Source of the DNA: an uncultured Acidobacteriota bacterium
Lineage (GTDB): Bacteria; Acidobacteriota; UBA6911
Length of the DNA stretch: 64,000 nt
NCBI GenBank assembly: GCA_963827655.1
Contig: CAWHCF010000029.1
Span: 128,001-192,000 of the forward strand
Direction: 5' to 3'
Positions within the stretch are counted from its first letter, which is position 1. Each line of letters begins with the position of its first letter. Shown here piece after piece: positions 9,280 to 18,619 of this stretch. The notes beneath the pieces were generated by a model. It made no database searches and was not told where the DNA came from. It saw only the letters and a program-made list of their open reading frames with translations. A program made the position numbers and the translations under genes.

Positions 9280-10350
9280 ATGCTTCGCATTGCGGTCATC
9301 CCGGGTGATGGGATTGGAGTCGATGTTACCCGCGAAGCGGTCAAGGTCTTGCAAACGGTCGCATCCTGTGCCGGGAAGCCCCTGACAATCGTCGAGTTTG
9401 ACTTTGGCGCGGAAAAGTTTCTGAGAGAAGGCGTTTCACTCCCGCACGATACGCTGGATCGCTTTCGGGCGGAGTTCGATGCGATTCTGCTGGGGGCGCT
9501 CGGCGACCCGCGCGTCCCGGATATGAAACACGCCGCCGATATTCTTTTCGGAATTCGCTTCGGCTTGGATTTGTATGCCAACATCCGCCCTGTCAAACTC
9601 CTCGACCGGCGCCTGACGCCGCTCAAGAATGCCGCCGAGGACGACATTAACTTCACAGTGTTTCGCGAGAACACAGAGGATCTTTATGTCGGCATCGGCG
9701 GTTTCTTCAAGAAAGGCACGCCCGATGAAGTTGCGGTTCAGGAGAGTATAACTACCCGGAAGGGAGTGGAACGAATCCTTGAATTTGCCTTCTCCTTTGC
9801 CGGACAGCGCGGGTTGACTAAGCTGACGATGTCCGACAAGAGCAATGCGTTGCGCTACGGCGGGGATCTCTGGCACCGCACATTTGCCGAGGTCGCGAAG
9901 CGGTATCCTCAAATTGAGGCGGAGCATCTGTATATCGATGCGCTGGCGATGGAGATGGTCAGAGAGCCATCGAGATTTCAAGTCATTGTTACAAACAACA
10001 TGTTTGGCGATATCATTACCGACCTTGCGGCACAGCTTCAGGGAGGGTTAGGTGTGGCCGCTTCCGGCAATGTCAATCCGGCAGGCGTTTGCATGTTCGA
10101 GCCGGTGCATGGTTCGGCTCCCAGGCTTGCCGGCAAGAACGTGGCCAACCCGATCGGGGCCATTCTTTCCGCTCAGATGATGTTGGAGCATCTGAGGTGG
10201 AGCGCCGAAGCGGCGTGGATCGAATCGGCTGTCCAAGCATCGGTAACAGCGGGCGAGTGTACGCGCGACCTGGGCGGAAGCCTTGGAACCGGCGAGGTGG
10301 GCGACGCTGTGTGCCGCCGCATCCGGAACATTGCCTCTTTGAGCGGATGA
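9280..10350 (+). CDS. leuB: 3-isopropylmalate/tartrate dehydrogenase family
   Basis: IAVIPGDGIG, DLYANIRPV, RENTED, NMFGDIITDL, FEPVHGSAP. Confidence 0.85.
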   Translation: MLRIAVIPGDGIGVDVTREAVKVLQTVASCAGKPLTIVEFDFGAEKFLREGVSLPHDTLDRFRAEFDAILLGALGDPRVPDMKHAADILFGIRFGLDLYANIRPVKLLDRRLTPLKNAAEDDINFTVFRENTEDLYVGIGGFFKKGTPDEVAVQESITTRKGVERILEFAFSFAGQRGLTKLTMSDKSNALRYGGDLWHRTFAEVAKRYPQIEAEHLYIDALAMEMVREPSRFQVIVTNNMFGDIITDLAAQLQGGLGVAASGNVNPAGVCMFEPVHGSAPRLAGKNVANPIGAILSAQMMLEHLRWSAEAAWIESAVQASVTAGECTRDLGGSLGTGEVGDAVCRRIRNIASLSG

Positions 10351-10354
10351 ACCG

Positions 10355-11098
10355 ATGTCGTTTGAAAATCGAATTGCCATTGTAACAGGGGGCTCGCGCG
10401 GAATAGGACGAGCCATAAGCCTTGAGCTGGCGCGCCGGGGCTGTGGAGTAGTTCTTGTTTATGCTCACAGCGTTCAGCAGGCAGGCTCCCTGGTTGCCGA
10501 GTTGTCCGCGCTCGGCCAAAAGGCTGCGGCCTACCAGGTGGACGTTTCGGACTTCGTCGCGGTCGAATCCATGGTCAAGCAAGTGCGAGAAGAATTCGGC
10601 CGCATCGACTACCTGGTCAACAATGCCGGAATAATCCGGGATAAGTTGATTCTGCGGATGAGCGAGGCGGACTGGGACGATGTTTTGGATACCAACCTTA
10701 AGGGCGCCTTCAACTTTTCCAAGGCCGTGGTGGGGGTCATGATAAAGGCACGCTTCGGGTCGATACTCAACATTACGTCGATCAGCGGCGTCGTCGGAAT
10801 GCCCGGGCAGGTAAACTACTCCGCCTCCAAAGCCGGAATGATCGGCTTTACCAAAGCGTTATCCAAAGAGGTCGCAAGTCGCAACATCACGGTAAATGCG
10901 CTCGCTCTCGGGTTCATCGGAACCGATATGACGGAATCTCTCCCCGAGGAGCATAGGAGCCGGATGAAGGAAATGATCCCGCTGCAGAGATTCGGGACCG
11001 TTGAGGAGGTCGCCGCTATCGCGGCTTTTCTACTCTCGGACGATGCGCGCTATATCACGGGACACGTGATGCAGGTCGACGGAGGGCTCGCTATGTAA
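10355..11098 (+). CDS. fabG: 3-oxoacyl-ACP reductase
   Basis: TGGSRGIG, NNAGIIRD, NYSASKAG, YITGHVMQVDGG. Confidence 0.92.
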   Translation: MSFENRIAIVTGGSRGIGRAISLELARRGCGVVLVYAHSVQQAGSLVAELSALGQKAAAYQVDVSDFVAVESMVKQVREEFGRIDYLVNNAGIIRDKLILRMSEADWDDVLDTNLKGAFNFSKAVVGVMIKARFGSILNITSISGVVGMPGQVNYSASKAGMIGFTKALSKEVASRNITVNALALGFIGTDMTESLPEEHRSRMKEMIPLQRFGTVEEVAAIAAFLLSDDARYITGHVMQVDGGLAM

Positions 11099-11111
11099 AA
11101 TAGTTGGCACT

Positions 11112-11840
11112 TTGAGCGAAAGACTTGTTAGATCTGGCGGAGCCCTTACGGCCTTGCGAGAGAAAAGCGATGCCAATTCCGATCTTTTGCCGGCTCTTCA
11201 ATCGGCCGGAGTGATGGAAGACGGTGGAGTACTGGTTTTGCTTGCGACCGTCCTGGGTTACGGTCGCGAGAGCGCAGCTTCTCATGCGGTTTCGCGCAGG
11301 CTGCTTCGCTACTTCGGTTCCGCGCCTGCAATGCTGCAGGCTTCTGTCGAAGAAATCTGCAAGAACGGAAAAGTTTCCACCAGGCAGTCCCTGACGCTCA
11401 AGGCGGCGCTGCTGCTCGGCCGTCAGATCTGCTCGTCTCCTCTCAAGCCGGGGCAACGGTTTTCCAACAGCCGTGAGCTGTTTGATCGCTACCGCAGCCA
11501 GTTCCTGACCGCTAATAAGGAATACTTTCTCTCTTTACACCTGAACTCCAAGAATCAATTGATACGGGAGGTGCTCGTCTCGGTCGGAAGTCTCAGCACT
11601 TCAGTTGTTCATCCGCGCGAGGTATTCTCGCCCGCGGTCCGCGACAGCACGGCCGCGCTTATTTTTCTGCACAACCACCCATCGGGTGATCCCACACCAA
11701 GCCTTGAAGATAGAGACTGCACCCAGCGGCTCTATCGCGCCGGCCAGATCCTGGGCATTCGTGTTCTCGACCATATTGTCCTTGGGCACGATGATTATTT
11801 CAGCTTTGCGGATTCCGGGCTGCTCAGCGAACGCGGCTAA
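11112..11840 (+). CDS. radC: RadC (JAB/MPN) family protein
   Basis: VHPREVF, HNHPSGDPTPS..D, VLDHIV; N-terminal half divergent, start uncertain. Confidence 0.88.
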   Translation: MSERLVRSGGALTALREKSDANSDLLPALQSAGVMEDGGVLVLLATVLGYGRESAASHAVSRRLLRYFGSAPAMLQASVEEICKNGKVSTRQSLTLKAALLLGRQICSSPLKPGQRFSNSRELFDRYRSQFLTANKEYFLSLHLNSKNQLIREVLVSVGSLSTSVVHPREVFSPAVRDSTAALIFLHNHPSGDPTPSLEDRDCTQRLYRAGQILGIRVLDHIVLGHDDYFSFADSGLLSERG

Positions 11841-11878
11841 GCGATGCGTCTTACAGAACTGAATAGTCCTCCTTAAAA

Positions 11879-11910
11879 CGTTTCCGTTCCCGTTTCCGTT
11901 CCCGTTTTCG
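11879..11910. repeat. Hexamer tandem array (CGTTYC)x5, left arm
   Basis: cgtttc cgttcc cgtttc cgttcc cgtttt cg. Confidence 0.85.
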
Positions 11911-11927
11911 GGCGGTGTCCTATCGCA

Positions 11928-12283
11928 ATGCCGTTTGATCACGAGCGTCTCGATGTCTACCAGGTGGCGCTGGATTTCCTGACGCTGGCCGATAAAGTCA
12001 GTGAGCACCTGCCACGCGGGCGCAGCCACCTCGTGGACCAGCTGACTAGGGCATCCACCTCTATTGTGCTCAATATCGCCGAAGGTAATAGCAAGTTCTT
12101 CGGCCAGACAAGCGCCGCTATTATCTCAGCGCCAGTGGGTCAGCAACCGAGTCCGCAGCCATACTTGACATCTGCTTGCGCCTCAAGCTTATCGACGCGC
12201 ACCAGCATGAGGCGGGCAAGGCGATGCTCGAACGCATCGTGTCGATGCTGATTAAGCTTGCCACGCGCCTCGACGTCGATTGA
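11928..12283 (+). CDS. Four-helix bundle protein (TIGR02436 / 23S rRNA IVS protein-like), 1-nt deletion near 12099
   Basis: FDHERLDVYQVA...DQLTRASTSIVLNIAEG; the shifted frame continues RPDKRRYYLSASGSATESAAILD...RIVSMLIKL to TGA 12281-12283. Confidence 0.88.
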
Positions 12284-12284
12284 T

Positions 12285-12316
12285 CGGGAACGTGGATGGG
12301 AACGGGAACGTGGACG
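12285..12316. repeat. Hexamer tandem array (CGGGAA/CGTGGA)x5, right arm, inverted relative to 11879-11910
   Basis: cgggaa cgtgga tgggaa cgggaa cgtgga cg. Confidence 0.8.
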
Positions 12317-12448
12317 TCCAAATTCGGTTAAGCGAAGAAGGCGAAGCCCCGCGAAGATGCGAAGACGCCGGGGTTGATTGACCCTGTGGTTGCTGCTAGA
12401 ATGCCGGTTTTCGCAAGACTCAAGATTCTCCCAGACCAGCAAAGCTCC

Positions 12449-13423
12449 GTGAAAATCAAGCGCCTGAAGGACCCTTCCGACACATTCGACATTCCCTTTC
12501 CGGAAGGGAAGGCTTTCGACGTGGTAGGTTTCGGGCTCAACGCGGTAGACCATCTGTGCGTAGTGCCCCACTATCCCCGGTTTGACACCAAGACTGAAAT
12601 CTTGCACTACTACAAGCTCGCGGGAGGACAGGCTGCCACTACGGTGACCTTCGTATCGCGGATGGGGCTCAAGGGCAAATACATTGGCAAGGTTGGATCC
12701 GACGATATCGGAGAATTCTCGCTGCGCAGCCTCAGATCCGAAAACATCGATACGTCTTCCGTCCTGGTCCAGAAAGGGGCCCGAAACCAGTACGCCTTTA
12801 TTATCATCGACAAGAACAGCGGGGAACGGACGATCTTGTGGGAGAGGGACCGCCGCCTGAGTTTCAGGGACGCCGAGCTGCGACGGGAGGACATTTGCGC
12901 CGGGCGCGTCCTTCATCTCGATGGACACGATCATGCGGCGGCGATCCGGGCCGCCACCTGGGCTCAGGAGGAAGGAATTCCCGTCGTGATCGACCTCGAC
13001 AAGGTTGTGCCACGCAGCAAAGAGCTGATCGGCAAAGTCGATTTTCTAATCACAAGTTCCAATTTCCCGCCGGACCTTACCGGAATTGCCGACCCCATCG
13101 AATCCTTGCTCGCTCTGCGACAGTATTGTGACGGATTTCTGGCGGTGACGCTTGGGGCGCAAGGCGCGATGGCGGTGGTTGGCGATCAATGCGTTCGATT
13201 CCCGGCGTTCAAGGTGCACGCAGTCGACACCACAGGCGCAGGGGATATCTTTCATGGCGGCTTTATCTACGCTCTCTTACAGAATTGGTCACTCGATCAG
13301 TGTATGTCCTTCGCCAACGCCGCGGCAGGACTGAACTGCACACAGCTGGGCGCTCGGGCGGGCATTCCTCCTCTTTCAGAAATTCTTCAACTTGCGAACT
13401 CCGGCAGTTATCGTCATCCCTGA
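12449..13423 (+). CDS. PfkB family carbohydrate kinase
   Basis: GGQAAT, GKVGSDDIG, VTLGAQG, VDTTGAGDIFHGGF; start uncertain. Confidence 0.92.
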   Translation: MKIKRLKDPSDTFDIPFPEGKAFDVVGFGLNAVDHLCVVPHYPRFDTKTEILHYYKLAGGQAATTVTFVSRMGLKGKYIGKVGSDDIGEFSLRSLRSENIDTSSVLVQKGARNQYAFIIIDKNSGERTILWERDRRLSFRDAELRREDICAGRVLHLDGHDHAAAIRAATWAQEEGIPVVIDLDKVVPRSKELIGKVDFLITSSNFPPDLTGIADPIESLLALRQYCDGFLAVTLGAQGAMAVVGDQCVRFPAFKVHAVDTTGAGDIFHGGFIYALLQNWSLDQCMSFANAAAGLNCTQLGARAGIPPLSEILQLANSGSYRHP

Positions 13424-13530
13424 CGTGGTAAACTCTGCGTCCTGGTGTTTCGTGGGGGCGCGCCGGGCCGGCAGAGTCCCAGTAACTTAATGTTCGTATT
13501 CATGAATACGGTGACGGATTTGCGACAGGG

Positions 13531-13704
13531 TTTGGAGTGCGCAAGCTTGCTAAGCTTGCTTGTGCCTTTTTTCGCGAAGCTTGCTGCGCGCAATTCGGAA
13601 AGCCCATGTTCACCTCGACGGTCATACCGAATCAACCAGATCCATTCAACTCAATGACGAGAATCCTATGAATGCCGCGACCGTCCGGCGAAGCAAGCTT
13701 CGCC
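13531..13704. repeat. REP-like palindromes (TTTGGAGTGCG.. / GCGAAGCAAGCTTCGC)
   Basis: TTTGGAGTGCGCAAGCTTGC at 13531 and GGCGAAGCAAGCTTCGCC at 13687; related copies at 29796 and 37174. Confidence 0.6.
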
Positions 13705-13748
13705 AAACCAGGGCGGCAGCAGGCTGCCGCACTCCCCAATATGGGCGA

Positions 13749-14894
13749 ATGGTCGACAGAGCCGATTTCGGTGTCTACATTCACATTCCGTTTTGCCGGA
13801 CGAAATGCACTTACTGCAGTTTTGTCATCAGACCCTGGCAACAGGAGACTGCCGACCGATATTGCTGCGCCCTCGTTCAAGAGCTCGAACATTTTTTTGC
13901 AGCCGACCGCTCCTGGGGAACGGCCGATACGATTTACTTCGGCGGAGGCACTCCCAGTCTCGTTCCAGAAAGCGATATAGCCCGGATTCTGGCGACCTGT
14001 CGCCGCTTGTTTGACGTCGCACCGGATTGCGAGATCTCACTCGAGGCTAATCCGGAAACTGTGACCGAGTCTAAAATTGATGCTTACCGTGAATTGGGAG
14101 TCAATCGGATCTCGATCGGCGCCCAGACATTTGAGGACGGGGAGCTGGCCCGGCTCGGTCGCTCTCACACGTCGCAGGATATCGCCCGATCGCTGATTCT
14201 CGCCCGTGAGCGTGGTCTGGAGAATCTCAACCTGGATTTGCTGCTCGGACTTCCCGGCCAAACACCGCGACACTGGACGCGCAATTTGCAGCAATTGTCC
14301 AAGCTGGCGCCGCCTCACGTATCCCTTTACATGCTGGACCTGGATCCCAAAGTTCCTTTGTACCATTCGGTCGCGCGGGGAGTATCGCACCTGCCGGACG
14401 ACGATCTGGTTTGCGATGGGTACCTGCGGGCCCTGCGCGAACTTGCTGACTGCGGCTATGAGCAGTACGAGATCAGCAACTTCGCTTTTCCTGGTTTTCG
14501 GTGCCGACATAACCTGAAATACTGGCTGCGGCAGCCGGTTCTGGGCTTCGGCCTTGGAAGCCATTCGTTTGACGGTCGAAGCCGGTATGCCAACGTTTCC
14601 GTCCTTCCTCGTTACTTTGGCGCGGTCGAGAGTGGAAATAGTCCCGTGGAGTGGCTGCGGCCGGTGGACGACGGGGAGGATTTGCAGGAAACCCTCTTCC
14701 TGGGTTTGCGTCTGCGCCAGGGGCTGAATTGGGATCAGGTTGAATCCAGATTTGGACGCAGCCGCATCGCGAAATACGAAGCCGCGCTGAAGACCAGGTC
14801 GGACGAAGGGCTGGTCGAATGGCAAGACCCTTGGATCCGGCTTACTCCACGTGGAATGTTATTGTCCAATGAGATATTCCAGGAGTTTATTTAA
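13749..14894 (+). CDS. hemW: Radical SAM heme chaperone HemW (HemN-like)
   Basis: YIHIPFCRTKCTYCSF, YFGGGTPS, YEISNFA, HNLKYW. Confidence 0.93.
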   Translation: MVDRADFGVYIHIPFCRTKCTYCSFVIRPWQQETADRYCCALVQELEHFFAADRSWGTADTIYFGGGTPSLVPESDIARILATCRRLFDVAPDCEISLEANPETVTESKIDAYRELGVNRISIGAQTFEDGELARLGRSHTSQDIARSLILARERGLENLNLDLLLGLPGQTPRHWTRNLQQLSKLAPPHVSLYMLDLDPKVPLYHSVARGVSHLPDDDLVCDGYLRALRELADCGYEQYEISNFAFPGFRCRHNLKYWLRQPVLGFGLGSHSFDGRSRYANVSVLPRYFGAVESGNSPVEWLRPVDDGEDLQETLFLGLRLRQGLNWDQVESRFGRSRIAKYEAALKTRSDEGLVEWQDPWIRLTPRGMLLSNEIFQEFI

Positions 14895-14992
14895 AGTTAG
14901 ACTTTAATTAGAAGCCAGGGTGGCTCTGAGGGCTAGGTCGCGAAGAATTTCCGCCTTGGAATGAAACGAAGTTTGGTTATTTTTGCGGAGCT

Positions 14993-16072
14993 ATGATGAT
15001 GCGCGTCGAGACGTCCCCAATTGATCTGAGAAGCGATACCGTCACCAAACCGACGCCCGAAATGCGGGCCGCGATGGCGGCCGCGGAGGTTGGGGATGAC
15101 GTCTATCTCGAAGATCCAACCGTGAACCGATTGCAGAAACGCGCCGCAGAAATCTTTCAGAAAGAAGCGGCGCTCTTCGTCCCTTCAGGTTCCATGGGGA
15201 ACCAGATTGCCGTTCGCCTGCACACGAGTCCGGGACAGGAAATGATCACCGAGGAACGGGGTCATATCTATAACTATGAAATGGCCGCGATGTCGGCCAT
15301 CAGCGGCGTTCTGGCCCGCCCGATCCATGCTGAAGACGGCATCCTGCGCTGGGACCTGGTGAGTCCCGCGATTCGCCCCAGAGTCTATTACCGGGCTCAG
15401 ACCGGCCTGATCGCCCTCGAGAACACGCATAACATGGCCGGCGGAACCGTCTACACTCCACGCCAGGTGGAGGAGATATGCGCAAAGGCGCATGAGGCAG
15501 GGCTTCCCGTCCATATGGATGGCGCGCGCATCTTCAACGCCGCCGTCGCGCTGGATACGGATGTCGCCAGCCTCACCCGTCCCTGCGATTCAGTCATGTT
15601 TTGCCTCTCGAAAGGACTGGCCGCGCCGGTTGGCTCGATGCTTCTTGGGTCGCGAGAGTTCATCGATCGAGCGCGCAGCCTGCGCAAGATGCTGGGAGGA
15701 GGAATGCGGCAGGCAGGCATTCTAGCTGCGGCCGGATTGATCGCCCTCGAGAAAATGCCTGCGCGACTCTCTGAAGACCACGCGAATGCGCGCTTGCTGG
15801 CCGAACTGCTCGAGGACATACCGGGACTGAGCTTGAGTTCGTCCAGGGTGCGCACGAATATCCTCGTGGTTCGCATTGAGGGCGCCGAACTGGACAGCGC
15901 GAAGCTGGCCCTTCTCCTGCAAAAGAACGGCGTTCTGGTGGGCACGATAGATCCGCGCACAATCCGCCTTCTGACTCATCTGGACGTCTCTCGCGACCAG
16001 ATTCAGCGAGCGGCGCAGATCTTTCGAGAAGTGCTCGAGACACTTACCCAAACAAGCGTCCTCGCGCCTTAG
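14993..16072 (+). CDS. ltaE: Low-specificity L-threonine aldolase
   Basis: DLRSDTVTKP, LENTHN, HMDGARIFNA, CLSKGLAAPVGS. Confidence 0.95.
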   Translation: MMMRVETSPIDLRSDTVTKPTPEMRAAMAAAEVGDDVYLEDPTVNRLQKRAAEIFQKEAALFVPSGSMGNQIAVRLHTSPGQEMITEERGHIYNYEMAAMSAISGVLARPIHAEDGILRWDLVSPAIRPRVYYRAQTGLIALENTHNMAGGTVYTPRQVEEICAKAHEAGLPVHMDGARIFNAAVALDTDVASLTRPCDSVMFCLSKGLAAPVGSMLLGSREFIDRARSLRKMLGGGMRQAGILAAAGLIALEKMPARLSEDHANARLLAELLEDIPGLSLSSSRVRTNILVVRIEGAELDSAKLALLLQKNGVLVGTIDPRTIRLLTHLDVSRDQIQRAAQIFREVLETLTQTSVLAP

Positions 16073-16209
16073 GGTTCGCGCAGAAATAAGTTCGCATTCT
16101 GCTGCAGCCCGAAGGGGCGCGATCCGTCGCGTGCTTAGCTAAAAGAAACCGGTTTATGATTGACCACCGACTCGCGCGCCAGAATGTGAAGTTATTTCTG
16201 CGCGAGCCC
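16072..16209. mobile_element. MITE, 138 bp, opposite orientation, lacks the internal ~96-bp segment
   Basis: Same TIRs as 7748-7981; TTA at 16069-16071 and 16210-16212. Confidence 0.85.
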
Positions 16210-16261
16210 TTAATCCGGCGTGACACAATCAACCACCAGGACGAAAGGACGCGAAGAGTCC

Positions 16262-17257
16262 ATGCCTGATTCTCCTAAGACCGAGACGGCAGCGGATCCC
16301 GTGATGGTAAAGGCCGTCCTGGCGGGCGACTTCCGGGCCGTGGCTCGATTGATCAGCTGGGTGGAAGATGGAGTTCCGGATGCCGATCACTATCTACGGG
16401 AGTTGTTTCACCACACGGGCCACTCTTTCATTGTCGGAATTACAGGCGCAGCGGGTTCCGGCAAGAGCACGCTGGCAGACTGTCTTTCACTCTATTATCG
16501 CGCGGATGAGAGAAAACTGGGGATTGTCGCAGTCGATCCTACCAGCCCCTATACAGGCGGGGCCGTTCTGGGTGATAGAATCCGCATGCAGTCGCGCAGC
16601 CTCGATCCAGGCACGTTTGTTCGCAGCATGGCTACACGCGGACACCTGGGGGGCCTGGCCCGCGCCACGTCGGAGGTCTTGCTCGTCCTGGATGCCGCCG
16701 GGTTCGACACAGTCCTGGTCGAGACCGTCGGGGTCGGTCAAGATGAGGTGGACATTGTGCGGACTGCGCACGTCACAGTCGTCCTGCTGGTTCCGGGCAT
16801 GGGCGACGACGTGCAGGCCATGAAAGCAGGCATCATGGAGATCGGTGATGTCTTCGTCATTAACAAGGCGGACCACCCGGGCGTGGAACGCATCGAAGCC
16901 GAGCTGCACAGCCACCTTCACTTCTCGAGGAGGAAAGATGGCTGGCAACCCCGTGTCGTCAAGACTGTGGCCTCCGAGGGCCGGGGAATCGAAGAATGTT
17001 TCCAGGAAATCGAGTCTTGCCGGGAGTTTCTCCGGAGCTCCGGAGCTTACGCCGAGCGCGCCGCAGCGATTCAGCGCGAACGCCTGCTGGAAATGGCGCG
17101 CTCCCGGGTCCTGGAAGCAATTCTGGGCAACGAGAGTCACGTCGACAAACTGGACGAATTGGCTCGCAGGGTTGCGGCGCGCGAAATCGACCCCTATTCT
17201 GCGGCAGAACATCTGCTGCGAGATGCCGGCATCCATGTGCCGCGAGGACAGGAGTGA
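16262..17257 (+). CDS. meaB: Methylmalonyl-CoA mutase-associated GTPase MeaB
   Basis: GITGAAGSGKST, AVDPTSPYTGGAVLGDRIRM, ETVGVGQDE, VINKAD. Confidence 0.95.
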   Translation: MPDSPKTETAADPVMVKAVLAGDFRAVARLISWVEDGVPDADHYLRELFHHTGHSFIVGITGAAGSGKSTLADCLSLYYRADERKLGIVAVDPTSPYTGGAVLGDRIRMQSRSLDPGTFVRSMATRGHLGGLARATSEVLLVLDAAGFDTVLVETVGVGQDEVDIVRTAHVTVVLLVPGMGDDVQAMKAGIMEIGDVFVINKADHPGVERIEAELHSHLHFSRRKDGWQPRVVKTVASEGRGIEECFQEIESCREFLRSSGAYAERAAAIQRERLLEMARSRVLEAILGNESHVDKLDELARRVAAREIDPYSAAEHLLRDAGIHVPRGQE

Positions 17258-17260
17258 CTA

Positions 17261-17683
17261 TTGTACCGAAAGATTGATCATGTCGGCATAGCGGTTCGCT
17301 CAATCGAGGAAGCTCTCAGAGTTTATAGTGGCCTGGGTTTTCAAGTCGACCATATCGAGGAGGTTGGCGAGCAGAAGACTCGGGTCGCAATGCTCCCCAT
17401 TGGCGAGAGCCGCCTGGAGTTGCTGGAGTCGACCGAACCGGATTCCCCCATCGCCCGATTCATCTCCAAGCGGGGAGAAGGGCTCCACCACATCACCTTC
17501 CAGGTGGACGACATCTCCGAAGAGCTGATCAGACTGAGAGCTGCGGGGATTCGACTGATCGACGAGGTTCCAAGGACCGGCGCCGATCAGTGTCTCGTTG
17601 CCTTCATTCACCCGTCCAGTACCGGCGGAGTACTGGTGGAATTATCGCAACCGAGGAGCGCAACCTCTCGAATTGACGACTGA
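17261..17683 (+). CDS. mce: Methylmalonyl-CoA epimerase
   Basis: IDHVGIAV, GEGLHHI, FIHPSSTGGVLVEL. Confidence 0.95.
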   Translation: MYRKIDHVGIAVRSIEEALRVYSGLGFQVDHIEEVGEQKTRVAMLPIGESRLELLESTEPDSPIARFISKRGEGLHHITFQVDDISEELIRLRAAGIRLIDEVPRTGADQCLVAFIHPSSTGGVLVELSQPRSATSRIDD

Positions 17684-17732
17684 CGCCGTTGCTTTCCAAT
17701 CGTCAATCGTCAAATCGTCAATCGTAAATCGA
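17670..17732. repeat. Inverted heptamer array (GATTGAC / GTCAATC)
   Basis: aattgacgactgacg ... caatcgtcaatcgtcaaatcgtcaatcgtaaatcg; contains the mce stop. Confidence 0.85.
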
Positions 17733-17742
17733 GTGGAGGGCT

Positions 17743-18606
17743 ATGGAACAGGTCAAGATCGGCGTTATCGGCGGGAGCGGCCTGTACGATATGGCGGAGC
17801 TTACCGATCGGAACGAAGTCCTGATCGAAACACCTTTTGGTTCCCCTTCCGACTCTTTTGTGGTCGGAACTCTGGAAGGCAGGCGTGTTGCGTTCCTGGC
17901 GCGCCACGGCAGGGGACATCGGATTCTCCCGTCGGAACTTAACTTCAGGGCCAATATTTATGGGTTCAAAATGCTGGGGGCGGAGCGAATCCTTTCCGCC
18001 AGCGCCGTCGGGTCGCTCAAAGAGGAACTTGCTCCGCTCGATACCGTCCTGCCCGACCAATTCCTCGATCGTACTCAGGGGCGTGTCTCGACGTTCTTTG
18101 GCAGCGGCCTTGCCGCCCATATCGCTTTTGCGGATCCGGTTTGCCCGCAGTTGCTGGAACATGTCTATAAGACCGGGACCGCTGCCGGCGCTCGGATGGT
18201 CAAAGGAGGGACTTACGTTTGCATGGAAGGTCCGGCGTTTTCTACCCGGGCAGAATCTCACTTGTATCGCAGCTGGGGAATGGATGTCATCGGGATGACG
18301 AATCTCCAGGAGGCCAAGCTGGCCAGGGAAGCAGAGATCTGTTATGTGACCATTGCGCTGGTGACGGACTATGACTGCTGGCACGAGTCGCACGAATCCG
18401 TGAGCGTCGAAATGATCGTGACAAATCTGCAACAAAACAGCCGGAATGCTCAGTTAATTATTCGGCAGGCCGTAAAGAATCTTCCTCAAAACCGAACCTG
18501 CCTTTGTGCGGAAGCGCTGAAATTTGCCTTGATCACCGACCGGGCCCTGATTCCTGCCGATGCCAGGGACCGGCTTCAGCATATTGTGGGCAAGTATCTC
18601 GTATAG
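17743..18606 (+). CDS. mtnP: S-methyl-5'-thioadenosine phosphorylase
   Basis: GVIGGSG, FLARHG, EGPAFSTRAES, IGMT, VTDYDCW. Confidence 0.95.
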   Translation: MEQVKIGVIGGSGLYDMAELTDRNEVLIETPFGSPSDSFVVGTLEGRRVAFLARHGRGHRILPSELNFRANIYGFKMLGAERILSASAVGSLKEELAPLDTVLPDQFLDRTQGRVSTFFGSGLAAHIAFADPVCPQLLEHVYKTGTAAGARMVKGGTYVCMEGPAFSTRAESHLYRSWGMDVIGMTNLQEAKLAREAEICYVTIALVTDYDCWHESHESVSVEMIVTNLQQNSRNAQLIIRQAVKNLPQNRTCLCAEALKFALITDRALIPADARDRLQHIVGKYLV

Positions 18607-18619
18607 GAAGGGGATTTCG

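Noticed and set aside
8100-9674. 524-aa minus-strand ORF and many other long antisense ORFs
   Set aside because: They shadow well-supported genes on the opposite strand, as expected at high GC, and show no protein motifs.
11928-12283. Diversity-generating retroelement (Avd-like gene)
   Set aside because: No reverse transcriptase and no TR/VR pair with adenine-specific mismatches seen in the window.
16262-17683. meaB-mce without methylmalonyl-CoA mutase as a novel pathway
   Set aside because: Mutase genes are often unlinked, so absence from a 64-kb window is uninformative.
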